Origin: Vicugna vicugna
Lineage: Eukaryota
Direction of reading: 5' to 3'
Length of the DNA stretch: 64,000 nt
NCBI GenBank assembly: GCA_013265495.1
Contig: MU058463.1
Coordinates: forward strand, 248,001-312,000
Within the stretch, counting starts at the first letter, position 1, and the number at the start of each line of letters is the position of its first letter. The notes under the pieces were generated by a model, which saw only the letters and a program-made list of their open reading frames with translations, was not told where the DNA came from and ran no database searches. The translations under genes and the position numbers were made by a program. Below are positions 25,589 through 39,480 of this stretch, in pieces.

Positions 25589-28500
25589 AATGAAAGCACA
25601 ACCACTCAAAACCTATGGGACACAGCAAAGGCAGTGCTAAGAGGGAAGTTTATAGCGATACAGGCCTTCCTCAAAAAAGAAGAACAATCTCAAATAAACA
25701 AGTTAACCCACCACCTGAATCAATTAGAAAAAGAACAACAAAAAGCCCCAAAAAGCAGCAGAAGGAAGGAAATAATAAAGATCAGAGAGGAATTAAATAC
25801 AATAGAGATTAACAAGACCATAGAAAAAAATCAACCAAACCAAAAGCTGGTCTTTTGAAAAAGTAAATAAAATCGACAAACCTCTGGCCAAACTCACAAA
25901 GAAGAAAAAAGAGAGAGCACAAATTAGCAAAATAAGAAAGGAAAATGGAGAAATTACAACAAACAAAATAGAAATACAGAATATCATACGAGAATATTAT
26001 GAAAAACTATATGGAACCAAACCGGATAACCTAGAGGAGATGGACAAGTTTCTGGAAACATACTGTCCACCAAAACTGAATCAAGAAGAAACTGAACACT
26101 TGAACAATCCGATCACTAGAAAGGAAATAGAAATAGCAATTAAAAACCTCCCTACAAATAAAAGTCCAGGACCGGATGGCTTCACCGGGGAATTCTACCA
26201 AACATACAAAGAAGAACTCATACCAGTCCTTCTCAAACTCTTCCAGACGATTGAAAAGGAGGGAATACTCCCAAACTCATTCTATGAAGCCACCATCACC
26301 CTGATACCAAAACCAGGCAAAGACACTACAAAAAAAGAGAATTATAGGCCAATATCACTGATGAACATAGACGCCAAAATCCTCACCAAAATTTTAGCAA
26401 ATAGAATCCAACAACACATAAAAAAGATTATACATCATGACCAAGTGGGGTTCATCCCAGGGACACAAGGCTGGTTCAACATACGCAAATCAATCAATGT
26501 AATACATCACATCAACAAGAGAAAGGACAAAAACCACATGATCATCTCAATCGATGCAGAAAAAGCATTTGATAAAATTCAACACCCATTTATGATAAAA
26601 ACTCTCGCCAAAGTGGGTATAGAGGGAACATATCTCAACATAATAAAAGCTATATATGACAAACCTACAGCCAGCATAGTTCTCAACGGTGAAAAACTCA
26701 AAAGCTTCCCACTAAAATCTGGGACAAGACAAGGATGCCCACTATCACCACTCCTATTCAACATAGTCCTGGAAGTCCTAGCCACAGCAATCAGGCAAGA
26801 GAAAGAAATAAAAGGGATCCAAATTGGAAAAGAAGAGGTAAAAGTGTCATTATATGCTGACGACATGTTACTATATATAGAAAACCCTAAAAGGTCCACA
26901 AAAAAGCTACTAGAGCTGATCGAAGAATTCAGCAAGGTAGCAGGTTACAAAATTAATGTTCAAAAATCAGTTGCCTTTCTTTACACTAACGATAAATCAA
27001 CAGAAAAAGAAAGTAAAGAAACAATCCCCTTTAAAATAGCACCCAAAGTAATAAAATATCTGGGAATAAATCTAACCAAGGAGGTGAAAGAATTATACAC
27101 AGAAAACTATAAACCATTGATGAAGGAAATTAAAGAAGACTTTAAAAAATGGAAAGATATTCCATGCTCTTGGATTGGAAGAATCAATATTGTTAAAATG
27201 GTCACACTGCCCAAGGCAATCTACAGATTTAATGCAATCCCTATCCAATTACCCAGGACATATTTCACAGAACTAGAACAAATCATAATAAAATTTATAT
27301 GGAACCATCAAAGACCTAGAATTGCTAAAGCATTACTGAAGAGAAAGAAAGAGGCTGGAGGAATAACTCTCCCAGACTTCAGACAATACTATAGAGCTAC
27401 AGTCATCAAGACAGCATGGTATTGGTACCAAAACAGACATATAGACCAATGGAACAGAATAGAGAGCCCAGAAATGAACCCACAAACTTTTGGTCAACTC
27501 ATCTTCGACAAAGGAGGCAAGAATATACAATGGAATAAAGACAGTCTCTTCAGCAAATGGTGTTGGGAAAACTGGACAGCAGCATGTAAAACAATGAAGC
27601 TAGAACACACCCTTACACCATATACAAAAATCAACTCAAAATGGATTAAAGACTTAAACATAAGACAAGATACAATAAACCTCCTAGAGGAAAACATAGG
27701 CAAAACATTATCTGACATACATTTCAAAAATTTTCTCCTAGAAGAAATAAAAGCAAGAATAAACAAATGGGACCTAATGAAACTTACAAGCTTCTGCAGA
27801 GCAAAGGAAACCAGAAATAAAACAAGAAGAAAACCTACGGAATGGGAGAAAATTTTTGCAAGTGAAACCGACAAAGGCTTGATCTCCAAAATATATAAGC
27901 AGCTCATACGACTCAATAAGAAAAAAATAAACAACCCAATCCAAAAATGGGCAGAAGACCTAAACAAGCAATTCTCCAAGGAAGACATACAAATGATCAA
28001 AAAGCACATGAAAAAATGTTCAATATCACTAATTATCAGAGAAATGCAAATCAAAACTACAATGAGGTATCACCTCACACCAGTCAGAATGGCCGTCATT
28101 CAAAAATCCAAAAATGACAAATGCTGGAGAGGCTGTGGAGAAAGGGGAACCCTCCTACACTGCTGGTGGGAATGCAGTTTGGTGCAGCCACTATGGAAAA
28201 CAGTGTGGAGATTCCTCAAAAGACTAGGAATAGACTTACCATATGACCCAGGAATCCCACTCCTGGGCTTGTACCCAGAAGGAAATCTACTTCAGGATGA
28301 CACCTGCACCCCAATGTTCATAGCAGCACTATTTACAATAGCCAAAACATGGAAACAGCCTAAATGTCCATCAACAGGTGACTGGATAAAGAAGATGTGG
28401 TATATTTATACAATGGAATACTACTCAGCCATAAAAACCGACAACATAATGCCATTTGCAGCAACATGGATGCTCCTAGAGAATGTCATTCTAAGTGAAG

Positions 28501-28881
28501 TAAGCCAGAAAGAGAAAGAAAAATACCATATGAGATCGCTCATATGTGGAATCTAAAAAACAAAAACAAACAAACAAACAAAAACAAAGCATAAATACAG
28601 GACAGAAATAGACTCATGGACAGAGAATACAGACTTGTGGTTACCGGGGGGGTAGAGGGTGGGAAGGGATAGACTGGGATTTCAAAATTGTAGAATAGAT
28701 AAACAAGATTACACTGTATAGCACAGGGAAATATACACAAAATGTTATGATAAATCACAGAGAAAAAAATGTGACAATGAGTGTGTATATGTCCATGAAT
28801 GACTGAAAAATTGTGCTGAACACTGGAATTTGACACAACATTGTAAAATGATTATAAATCAATAAAAAATGTTAAAAAAAA
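25589..28881 (+). mobile_element. Young 5'-truncated LINE-1 (ORF2 from after the endonuclease domain, 3'UTR, AATAAA, A8)
   Basis: Starts NESTTTQNLWDTAKAVLRGKFIA; continuous ORF2 except a +1 shift at 25824-25830; 3'UTR 28557-28873 with G-rich tract; AATAAA at 28861; CpGs retained. Confidence 0.98.
26040..28556 (+). CDS. ORF2: LINE-1 ORF2p reverse transcriptase and C-terminal domain (N-truncated; frame open from 25830; lacks the EN domain and promoter, so probably not expressed)
   Basis: [36 protein letters not shown] (26853-26864), [23 protein letters not shown]. Confidence 0.9.
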   Translation: MDKFLETYCPPKLNQEETEHLNNPITRKEIEIAIKNLPTNKSPGPDGFTGEFYQTYKEELIPVLLKLFQTIEKEGILPNSFYEATITLIPKPGKDTTKKENYRPISLMNIDAKILTKILANRIQQHIKKIIHHDQVGFIPGTQGWFNIRKSINVIHHINKRKDKNHMIISIDAEKAFDKIQHPFMIKTLAKVGIEGTYLNIIKAIYDKPTASIVLNGEKLKSFPLKSGTRQGCPLSPLLFNIVLEVLATAIRQEKEIKGIQIGKEEVKVSLYADDMLLYIENPKRSTKKLLELIEEFSKVAGYKINVQKSVAFLYTNDKSTEKESKETIPFKIAPKVIKYLGINLTKEVKELYTENYKPLMKEIKEDFKKWKDIPCSWIGRINIVKMVTLPKAIYRFNAIPIQLPRTYFTELEQIIIKFIWNHQRPRIAKALLKRKKEAGGITLPDFRQYYRATVIKTAWYWYQNRHIDQWNRIESPEMNPQTFGQLIFDKGGKNIQWNKDSLFSKWCWENWTAACKTMKLEHTLTPYTKINSKWIKDLNIRQDTINLLEENIGKTLSDIHFKNFLLEEIKARINKWDLMKLTSFCRAKETRNKTRRKPTEWEKIFASETDKGLISKIYKQLIRLNKKKINNPIQKWAEDLNKQFSKEDIQMIKKHMKKCSISLIIREMQIKTTMRYHLTPVRMAVIQKSKNDKCWRGCGERGTLLHCWWECSLVQPLWKTVWRFLKRLGIDLPYDPGIPLLGLYPEGNLLQDDTCTPMFIAALFTIAKTWKQPKCPSTGDWIKKMWYIYTMEYYSAIKTDNIMPFAATWMLLENVILSEVSQKEKEKYHMRSLICGI

Positions 28882-29190
28882 TGCAACATATCACCCTGAA
28901 TTGTATTCTGGACCAGAAAGAAAGAAGTGGCATTGTTGGGACAGTTGGCAAATGAAACTGGATTCTGTGGATGAAGTGACAGCACATGAAAGGGACTTGG
29001 ATGGCCGTGGGATGGTTGTGTTGAAGTGTCCTCGCTTGTAATAAACTATCATGGAAAATACATTTTTTAAAGAATTTAGATTTATACACATATATATGTA
29101 TAACCAAATCACTTTGCTGTACATCTGAAACTAACACAACATTGAAAATGAACTATACTTCAATAAAAATAAAATTTTGATATAGTTAAG
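28882..29190 (+). other. Candidate L1 3'-transduced segment (old L1M 3'UTR scrap plus ~100-bp older L1 3' terminus)
   Basis: Lies between the L1 A8 and a second A10 that overlaps the matching TSD; tandem AATAAA at 29162 and 29168. Confidence 0.6.
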
Positions 29191-31479
29191 AAAAAAAAAA
29201 GATTTTTTTTAAGATTATCTTTCAGTTCAACAAGGTGAAAATTAGTTTTGAAAACTTTCCTTAATAAAGAAGATAGCTTATATTCTATTATGAGAAATAT
29301 CAGTACAAATTCAGAATTGAAATTTTTCTCATTTCATTAAAATATATTCTGTATTTTGGCAATAAATTGAGCTTTTCATTATACAAGGCACACATGAATA
29401 TTAATTCAGTTGAATTTTGCCAAGTAGTTGATATTTCATAATCATACTTCTAAATTATAGTAAATACAAAAACTCTTGACTTTCCACTTATAAATCTTGT
29501 TCTTGGTGATTCAACATTGGATGATTAGCCAAAAAACAAAACAAAACAACAGCAACATCAACAAGAAAAAAATGCAGAGATAAATTTATAACACAAACAA
29601 TTTTCTCACGTTTAGTATTCCACAGTTCTAACAATTCTGTAACATTAAGGACAGTTTTGAAAAGTTTAACTACTATGGACTGCAAAGGCTTGCAAACTCA
29701 AGCTCACATGCCAAGTAGGATGCCTTATCTAATTAATATGCTCAAACAAAATGCTGCTTTTTTTCCCCTGATTTCATACATTCAGAAGGTGTTACTTTTG
29801 CTAACTCACACAGAGGAATTCATATAGTAAAAAAATAATGTTTAACAAAATGTTTAAAGTATATACAGTATCTACCCTATTTGGTTAATTTGTGAGATTC
29901 ACATATTATCTTTCCCGTTTAGCATTTTCTTTTGAGTGTTGCATGGATGTTGACTGATCCTAACATTCATTACTCAATATATCATAATGGTATTTTATGC
30001 ACTGTGGAGACCTGAGAAATAATAGTGCGAAAGAAGCAAGACATCACTGTGGGGAATGCAATTCATATTAATATATTTCAAGCCTGATTTGTCCAGAGTC
30101 ATATCAATATGTCAAGAGTGTTAAACCAATTGCTTCTGGATGCTAGAAGTTAAATGGCTCCTAAGTTTAGATGAGGCATGGCAACATGAAGTGATGAAAT
30201 CTTATGGCCACATTCAATAAGGCTGTTAATATATTAACAAGGTTCCATTACTTCTAAATGCCTTGTAGAACTTCACTGAGCATTTATTTTTTAAAAACCC
30301 TTAAAAAAAACCTGATAACAACCACAAAAAATTATGAAAAACTCCAGAAATGTTACTGTTAAGTGAAAATATAGTGTTGGATACTCAGCAAGCAAAGATT
30401 CTAGAAAAGTATCTCAGTGTCTATTGTGTGTTTCTGATCCAGGCAGAAAATTTCTTCTACTAATATGCAATAATAAGCATTATTTTAAGCTCTTTATTAT
30501 CAACTCTTAGACAGGCATAAAGTCACTAAAAATATTACTTGATGGAACAAGTGATGTTTTAGTATTAAACTAGAGTAATTATATTTTTAGATGATTCTTG
30601 CTTTCTGTGAGGGGGGATCAAGTTTTTCTTCCTATCACTTTCTAGATCCTTTTTTGATGAAAGAGAGAGCAGAAACCAAGATAAAGATAGTAGTACAGCC
30701 AAGTTTCTGAGTGATGATTTAATTAAATTGGTATATGACAAAGGTATGTTTGGGCCAATTGCTCTCTTTACTTTGATGTCTCGTTCATTTAATCTTTCTT
30801 TGACCCTTTCTCTTTCTAATGTTGATTTATAGAGGGAAATCTGTACTGGGGAATTAGAAGAAGAGTCCAAAGAAGTCACTCAGCCAGCTTTTTAAAACAA
30901 GAAATAGAACAGAGGTGCTGAAGGAATCCTGGAGCCTTACCTGTAGCCAAGCACATCTATTAGGGCTAAGTACCCTATAGAAGAGTTTGGGGCTAAACTT
31001 TTATAATCCTAATCCATGTGTCTTAGCCTGCAATGCTCTCAGCTTTGTATAATTTCATTAGAAATACCACAGTTTTAGCTGCAGCTTCTCAAGAAATTCA
31101 GGATTCAATATCCAGGAGATTTCTCAATAATAAAAAATAAAATTATAAAAAAATGGCCACACATAAATAATACACTCTTTAATGTTTATTTCAAAGCAAG
31201 ATAAAGTCATCAGCATAGTTGATGAGCACCTGCTATTTAATACTCTCAACGCTCAGGCTCCTCTTGCCATCACTGATAGCATATAAAGCATTTCTGAATC
31301 TGGCCTTTATAAAAATTATTCCATATGCCCACTAAGCATATGACATCACTGGTTAAGGTCTTCTTGAACCTACTCTTTCCTTGGTGTCCCTTACAACATA
31401 TTCTTCTTGTTTACCCCTGCCCCCAACTTTCTGGTCCAGGATATAACACATTACCTAGCAACTGCTTCTCCAATGCTTC

Positions 31480-32060
31480 CACTTAACAGTGAACTCAAAA
31501 ATCAGAATTCTTCAGCTCTGAATGGAGAAAGCTCTTCCATTCTCTCATACGGACAACATGTAGCTCCGTCTCACTGATTTTAACTCTGACAATAACATGA
31601 TATAAGCTACTATCACATCAATACCTGGGCAACAGCAATCATTTCCTAACTAATCTTCCTGCATTAATACGTTACTTAATCTAGTAAATGTTAAAATTGA
31701 AGATAGTGAACTCATTTTACAGAACAAATCTGATGTTGATTTCCCATTCATTTCTCTTAAAATAGTAAACAAAATCCACAGCAAAACCTGACCCTTGCAA
31801 AACACTGCATCCTCATCTGTCATCATTCTACATGTTTTAGACACAAGCTTTTATTTAGCACTTCAAATATTCTTGTTTCCTGATGCCTGAGCAATTGTGC
31901 CCATGCTATAAGCACCAGATCTTAGCCTCCTTTTTATGCCCCACTTTCATTCTTCATTTATCAGCTCAAAATTTACTTACTCTGTAATGCTACCCATGCC
32001 TCTTTGAAAACATTATATACCTCCGTTTACATCTTACTGCATAAGATGTTGACATTATTT
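31480..32060 (+). mobile_element. L2 relic(s)
   Basis: Pyrimidine-rich; 'ttcattcttcatttatcagctcaaaatttacttactctg' resembles the L2 3' region. Confidence 0.4.
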
Positions 32061-32129
32061 CTTTTTGGAAGAGTTTTGGCCCATATGTGACAAAGGAGTT
32101 TCAAAACATGAAGATAACTCTATTACACA

Positions 32130-33140
32130 GCAATAAGATAACAAAGAGCTAAATTTAAAAGTGTGCAAGAAGTCTGTACAGACATTTTACCTAATAAGGT
32201 ACACAGATGGGAAATAAGCAGAGGGAAAGGTGCTCAGCATAGTTTGTGATTAGGAAATTTCCAATTAAAATGAGATGCAACTACACACACATTAAAATGA
32301 CTAAAATTATTTAAAAACAAAAATACATACACACACAAAAACTGTGAGAATATAATTACAGGAGACTATGTGAAGCAACAAGAACTCTCATTTATTGCTA
32401 ATGGGAATATAGAGTTCAAAAATTTTGGAAAACAGTTTGTCAGTTTCTAACAAAGCTAAACATAGTCTTACCATATTATCTGACAATCACATATCTAAGT
32501 ATTTTCTCATGTAAATTTAAAACTTACATACACAAAACAATCTGCACATAAATGTCTATAGTAACTTAATATATTATAGCCCAAACTAGAAGCAAAAAAA
32601 AAAATCTTTATATAAACGAATGGGTAAACAAATTGCAATACTCCTATTCAACAGAACATTATTTGGTGAAAAAAGAATTCAGCTATCAACCCTTAAAAAA
32701 GACATAGGTGAATCTTAAATTCATATTGCTTTGTGTAAGTAGCCAGTCTGAAGTGGATGCATGTTATTATTACAATTATGTAACATTCTAGAGAAGGCAA
32801 AACTACAGTTAATGGTCAAAAGACCAATAGATGTCACTGATTTGTGGAGAGGGGAAGAAGGCTGAGTAAGTAAAAGACAGGGTTTTTTGGCAGTGAAACT
32901 ACTCAGGAAGTTACTGTAATGTTGGATACATGACACTATGATTTGTTAAAATCCACAGAATTTTACAGCACACAGAAATAAGCTGAATGTCTAAACATTT
33001 TAAAAAAGGTATCTGGGAAATGGGGATTCCAGGATGAAATGCAGAATGTAGCAAAACAATCTATGTTTATTAGAAACGTATGAAAGAACCTCACTGAAGA
33101 AGGTGGCAGTAAATGGTGACCAGTAGTTCTGAAAATGAGG
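32130..33140 (+). mobile_element. L1MD-type LINE-1 3' end
   Basis: 'acagatgggaaataagca', 'ttggaaaacagtttgtcagtttct', 'ggcagtgaaactact', 'ggatacatgacactatg', 'ccaggatgaaatgcagaatgt'. Confidence 0.8.
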
Positions 33141-33757
33141 GGATTTATCTGGCCATATAACTATGAGTAGAATACCAGTTGTTTAATATTTCCACAGACT
33201 TTAAGGCAACCACTAATGACCCTCTCCCTTGCACCTCTTGTTGCCCTAAATTTCTGAGAATTCCCAGTGTTCAGCGCCATGAAGTGACTTATTTAATGTT
33301 GGCCCCAGGCCCAGCAGGCACTTAACTCGGTCAATCAGTTGGTTTGTAAATCAACTTTTGCTTGTCTCCAAAGTATCTATCATCTACAGTTTTTTGACAT
33401 ATCCATTAACTGCCGTCTCCTCCCTCAATATTGTGATTCTATGCTTTTTTTTCTATTTTTTTCTCTTATTCTCATTTCAAGCAACTTTGACAAGAACAGG
33501 GAAAAATGTATTTAATTGTTCAAATGACAAGGAAGTTTAGTTTGATTATTGGCCTCACTGGAATATAACTGTATGAACCTGGTAAAGCAGATATTCAACA
33601 TTTATTCTTTTTTTCTATATGCTTAGTATTCTACCATTATCACCTTCTGAATAATTGCAAGATGCTATTATGATTTAAATAAGCATAAAATATCTTTATG
33701 TTGTACTAAATATTTCTGTATCTTTGGGTGTATTTCTTGATCCAATTCAAGACAGTG

Positions 33758-33892
33758 TCTTCCTCTTCTATCTCTTACTCTTTTTCTTCTTCCTCCTCCT
33801 CCTTCTCCTTCTTTTCCTTCTTCCTTCTTTCTCCTTCTGCTTCCGCTTCTACTTGCATTTCCTCCCCTTCTTGTCCTTCCTCATCTTCTTTT
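33758..33892. repeat. CT-rich low-complexity tract, (CTT/CCT)n-like
   Basis: Read directly from the sequence. Confidence 0.9.
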
Positions 33893-35559
33893 TGAATAAG
33901 GTAGCATCTCTCCCTACACTCCTGTTTGCATGTTCTAATTTAATGTGTACATTCTTTCAAAGGGCTTAAATATTTTACTTTCCTATATACTTATGTGTTT
34001 CTAATATTACTTTTAAATATATATAATCCTTCAGACTTTCACTGGAGTGAATTATGCCTTTAAACCTGGGATCTAGAAATGTAGTGATATCAATATAATT
34101 GGATTTCAGGATAAAATCATTTCCTCTGTTGTCTCAGATTTCCAAAATTAATATGCAGGCTGATACTTTGTTGGCTATCTCCAACAAAGTGAAAATGCCT
34201 CTTGCTTTGAGTTGAAAAAATCCTCCACCTTCCCGACTCTCAGCCCTTAACCATGATTCCTTAGGAGCCAGTCATTGATTTAATTTAACACTATGGCTTT
34301 GTCCTTATTGGTTGGTGCCATTTCTGCATGTAACATTAAATATTCTTAATATCACCACTGAGTGGCTGCACAACAGTTTCCACATTCCATCCAGAGTATA
34401 GTATGGGAGGATCTTACAGAAAATACAGCTCTGACATGACTGTATTTTCAAGGCAATGCATTTGGTTACTTTTCTGCAGCTACTAGCCAACAAACTACTC
34501 CAGTTAAAAGCAACTATTGGTTGTTAATAAGTCCTGTTATATTACTAGTGTTAATCAAATAGTTCATTATTAAAGTTTATCTTGTTCAAGAACTTTTGAA
34601 ATGTATACTAATTATTCTACTTTGTTTGAACACCTTGTACAATCACTACATAGTTTTAAAATGTGTTTATGTCCTAAGTCTTAATTTTGGATGAAGAAAA
34701 TTGACTAAAAGTCAATTTGTTTACTCTTAATACCATTTATTCCACTACGTCTTTGTTCTATACTTATTTCCTGAAAAAATAACTAAAGTATTTGAATAAA
34801 ATATCATATATTGAGATTTCTAAACCACACATATCTTCAACCACATTCACTGAATTGTCAAGGACAGTTGCATGGCATTGCTTACTGATTTCATTTTCTA
34901 TAAATATTTCTTGGGTGAAATTCACTATGCTGTGTGAGAGACAAATCACTTAATAACAAGTAAAGAAACATGTTTCAATACATAATTTTGTCCACTGCGA
35001 TGGATATCTTAAATGTTCTAGATATCTGAATATCTGAATTACTTTATTTACAAGTAGTGATTCATTAATATTGTTAATCAATAGATTACAGTCCAGAAAA
35101 TTTTCAAAGAATATTTCTTCCAAAAATTCCCTTATTCATAGTCCTTAATGACTTGGACAAAGATTTTAAAAAAATCTTTCTTTTGTAGCTATTAAAGAAC
35201 TTACAAGTTATAGTATTCCTTTTGACATGATTTTGGGTAAGTTTTTAGATTTAGTTTATAATAAAATACATAATAGGCTATCTTCTTAAATAATTCTTCT
35301 TTTGACTTGCATTTTAGGTTTTTATTTTTAAGGACAAAAATGCATTTTTGGGTAGTTCATTTTCCCCCATCATTTTTTTGTTTCTTCATGTGCTAAAATT
35401 ATTATTATATCTAGATTGAAGAGGTGCTTTATCAGGCAGACTGTTGCACGTTGTTTTAATTTTTCTCATGAAAGTCTGACATAAAACTTTGAAATTTTCA
35501 TTTCAAATCATTCTCAGAGGATATGAAGAATTCCAATATATTATTTAAACACACATGTA

Positions 35560-36100
35560 CTACATGTAGTCAAATAACTAGTACCTAATGAGATTATGCT
35601 AACTGGCTATAATAATACTTTGTATTATATACTAAGTGTCCTTCTATACAAGTGCTTTTGTAACTACAAAATTAAATCCAAGACAGTGATGCTAAATCAT
35701 ATATTTTAATAGTCATTGCCAGATGGCTTTTCAAAAAGCTTGTTACTATTCTTATTTCCAGTAGGAGTCTATAAAAATTCATTTCCCTCTTCATCTCCAT
35801 ATTAATTAGCATTAGAAACTGCCAGAAAAATGGATGTGTAGATGATAATAGATAGATAATAGATAGATTTTTAAAGTAATTTTGCAATCTATTGGCATAG
35901 ATTGATATTTTATTGTAAAATCTGTTACCTTGGCTACTAATGAGAACAACTTTCCATATATATTGACCATTTGATTTTGCACGTTGCTCATTTTTCTGTT
36001 AGAGTTTTTTCCTTAATGAGTATTATAAACTTATAAAGTTATAGAGAATATGTTATAATTTTGTTAGCACATGCACAAGTACATTTCTCAAGCTTCTGTT
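35560..36100 (-). mobile_element. Old L1ME-like relic
   Basis: 'tgctaaatcatatattttaatagtcattgccagatggctttcaaaa', 'ttccatatatattgaccattt'. Confidence 0.5.
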
Positions 36101-39079
36101 TATAGTATGACTTTCTAATCCATTTTAAATATTTATATATAGGTAACTGTAGTAATACACGAGTTCTATGTACTCTGGTGTTTTCTTCTAAAGGAATGTT
36201 TTGTTAATGGCTATTTTAAGTCTATTTTTATGTTATCAGTTATAAATACCGTAACACCAGAAATTGTCTGTTTATTGAAAACTGAGGATAGATTATATTT
36301 CAATACTATCAAGGGCTTTTAAGCATTCATGCATGATCTATTCTTCTTTTTTAAAGATATCATTTTAAGTTTATTTAAATTTCTTGATTTTTGTCTTACT
36401 CTGTTCTGTAAGTATTTTTGATCTTGTTATCAATTAACACCACCCCTTTGGACTTTCCTTAGAGAGAATACTTTCCTTAGGGATGAATGTGTCTCAGCTA
36501 TTCTTCATAACTATCAAGCAGCTCCACTAACTGTATCAAACACTGTTGAGAATTATTAAACTTTTTATTTTCTCTAAAAAAACTCTCTTTGTCACACTGA
36601 AAAAATAACAACTTAAAATGTGTGTGGTTTGGGAGCAGAGTACCTATAAGTTGTTGAGTGGTTCCTCTTAGTTATGAAATTCATTCCTCCATAAGTCACA
36701 TTATAAACTCAAAGTGTTGTTTTCTTAATAATGGACTATAATACGAAACACTTAGAATATATTTATCATCTGTATGAGTCAATTTTAATCTTTCACTTAA
36801 TTTCATTGAACACATTTATCATCCAGTTTTCTTAAACCTCATCATTTTTAGTGTGTAATTGTATATTTTGTAAAACCTTTCAAGGTCAAAAACTCAGTTT
36901 AATTTTGTTCATTATTATAGATATGAAATAATGGATTCTACTAAGGAAAGAAAATGTTTCATTTACAAAAACTTCCTCAAATCTTGGTCAGGAAGGGTTC
37001 TTTTTTTTTTAATTGAATATTGTTGGCTTTTACTATATTATTAATAGTGATATAGGGCATATCAATTTGAATAAGAATCAAGAAAAATGAGTTCTGGCGC
37101 TTCCCATTATTTCAAACTCCAGGTTTGAGAATCTTGACCTTAGAGACCTCTGCTGTTCTGCAATCTGAACTCCTAAATTAAGGAAGTTAATCATAAGGCC
37201 CAAATCCTAGCACCTAGTGACAGAGTTAAAAACTACTGAATTTTGATGAGCTTCCTTCTTCTGACTTTTTTATCTTGTCTGATTCAAAATAGCTCATTTG
37301 GTTTTGCTTGAACTTGATTTTTCCCTACTGAACTAGAGTCTTAGTTGTTGTATCTCCATAATTTTATTACTAGCTCTCTGTAGGTGAACAGTACTTTAAA
37401 TATACTTTAAAAATATGTAATAAATATAATAATTTATACTATTATATATCAACTCCTATCCCCAAATCCAAATTATTTAGACTAGAATTGGGGGCAGATT
37501 AATTTATATTTTAAGTATGTTAAATAGAAAAATTACCTTAGTAGTATTTTGTCTAACATAGCTGGTGTTAAGCAAAAACTAAAATATTTTTTAATAAAAT
37601 AATATATCTTCTTCTATCAACATTGGTAAAATACCTGTTACCTATAATAATAAATAAACTTTCGGCAAGGATGCTTACATTTAGTTATGTTATATATTCC
37701 TTGACTTATTTATTTATAAACCACTCTTAACATTCTTTTCAGAACCACTAAACATTTTTTACCTATTACTTTTTCTATTTACATGTTTATTTTTAGACAG
37801 TATTTTGTTCCAAGAAATTATGAAACCCACAGTATAATTATTATATATAATATAATTAAAAAATTAGAACTCATCAGACATAATTAATGACCACCAGCTT
37901 GCACTTTTTCCTGCTGTAGTTTAGAGATTATGAACAGTTCTTCTTTTCCCAGTGATAAACAAATTAGTAAAAGATTACACGCTACATATATAGGCAAACA
38001 AAGATATTTAGGTTAAGCACAGTTATTAGCATTGGAATAATTATAACTAGAATTTAAAATGATTGTTATCAAAATGGTAATATAAGGAGAAAAAGATGAT
38101 CAAAGTAGAGCTAACAGTGCTGTAAGCCAAGGAAGGAATATAAATATGTGCACTGCAAAAGTATTAACTAAGCATGTTTCAAAGAAAAGGATTATTGAGA
38201 TATGATAAAGCTATATAAAAAACTAACATGGCAAGCCTTATATTTTCCTGAGATAAACATTATTCATAATTTTAAAAATGAACATTATTTTGAATAAAGT
38301 TTTTTAATAAAGGAATTTACCTAATTTTGTATCAGTGATATTTCAGACTATCTATTATTGCGTGCTGCTGCTGATGTTTTCAGATTAATTATCTGGTCAG
38401 CCATTAGGCAACACATAGTCTCTGCCTTATCTTATTTAGTAAGTTATCTAACCTGGGTGAAGATGGAAGAATAAAAAATTTGGAACAATTAAAAAATTAT
38501 TTATTCATTGGTTTGTTTACTTATGTTAGATTTTGTGCTGGAGAATCAGTCTATGTGGTATTAGTTATTACACTGTCCATTACAATGGTGGAAAATGGGA
38601 TATTTACAAAGCCAGGGTAGTGATTATTTTCATGGGCTACAATAGAAATATAAGCCAATTTCCACACACTGCAAGCCATCTACCTCTCAGCCTTGTCCAA
38701 GGGCATCAGACCTTGAATGGTCTCTAGGATGTCCTCATTTGTCAGCTAAAGCTGTCAAACATACCAATATGCATCATATTGAAAGCATAATGCATTCATA
38801 GATGTAAGTGACCAGGATATTGGAACAGAAGGAATAATGAGGAAAAAATTTATGGTCACCATCTTTTGCTTAGGGAACTGTAAATTTTATACACTATGGG
38901 TGAAGATTTCATTCTCAATCTCCACTAAGGGTGAAAAAAAAAATACAAGAATTAAATTCCACAAGGTGAAAATAGTTCATGTCAGCAATCTTTCCAGTAC
39001 ATTCAGCATTAAGCATTAGTCAAGCTTTTATAAAGTATGTCTAGTGGCAGCATATTTGTTCTTCCTATCTCAAATTTGT

Positions 39080-39480
39080 TCAACTTGAAAGCATTGCTCA
39101 TGCAGGATGACAGGATGACAGGCTTCTTAGATAAGAGGAAAGAAAAAAATCTAACAAATCTGATTTTACTAAGACCTTTTGGCACCATCTCACATGGTAT
39201 TCTCATCAACATGCTTGATAAATTGTAGAATGTGTATGGAGAGGGGTCAAATCCAAATAGTAGCAATCAATGACCCTGCCAACTTCAAGCAATATATTTA
39301 AAATGTGTCAAAATACTTCGACTGAGGGATGCTGTTTATATATCTTACCAGAAGTCTGATGGCAAAATAATTAATATCAGCTTGTTCCTTAAATTAGTAG
39401 ACAAAGTCAAGGCAAGTGAGATTGCTATTACTCAAGAAACCAACAACAAATTTTTTATGATTGTGATGAGTTAGATAAAT
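39080..39480 (+). mobile_element. CR1/L3 LINE reverse-transcriptase relic
   Basis: ORF-track peptide DRMTGFLDKRK...FGTISHGILINML resembles the CR1 RT segment D.VT..VD.G...LDFSKAFDTVSH.ILI.KL. Confidence 0.6.

Noticed and set aside
26579..28054. Minus-strand ORFs of 118, 65 and 186 aa
   Set aside because: Antisense shadows of L1 ORF2, a common artefact of its A-rich coding strand
26040..28556. RT ORF as part of a novel RT system (retron, DGR or domesticated gene)
   Set aside because: Canonical LINE-1 ORF2 with L1 3'UTR and poly(A), no promoter or partner genes; its intactness is explained by recent insertion
33724..33969. Hydrophobic 81-aa ORF resembling a membrane peptide
   Set aside because: Translation of a CT-rich low-complexity tract
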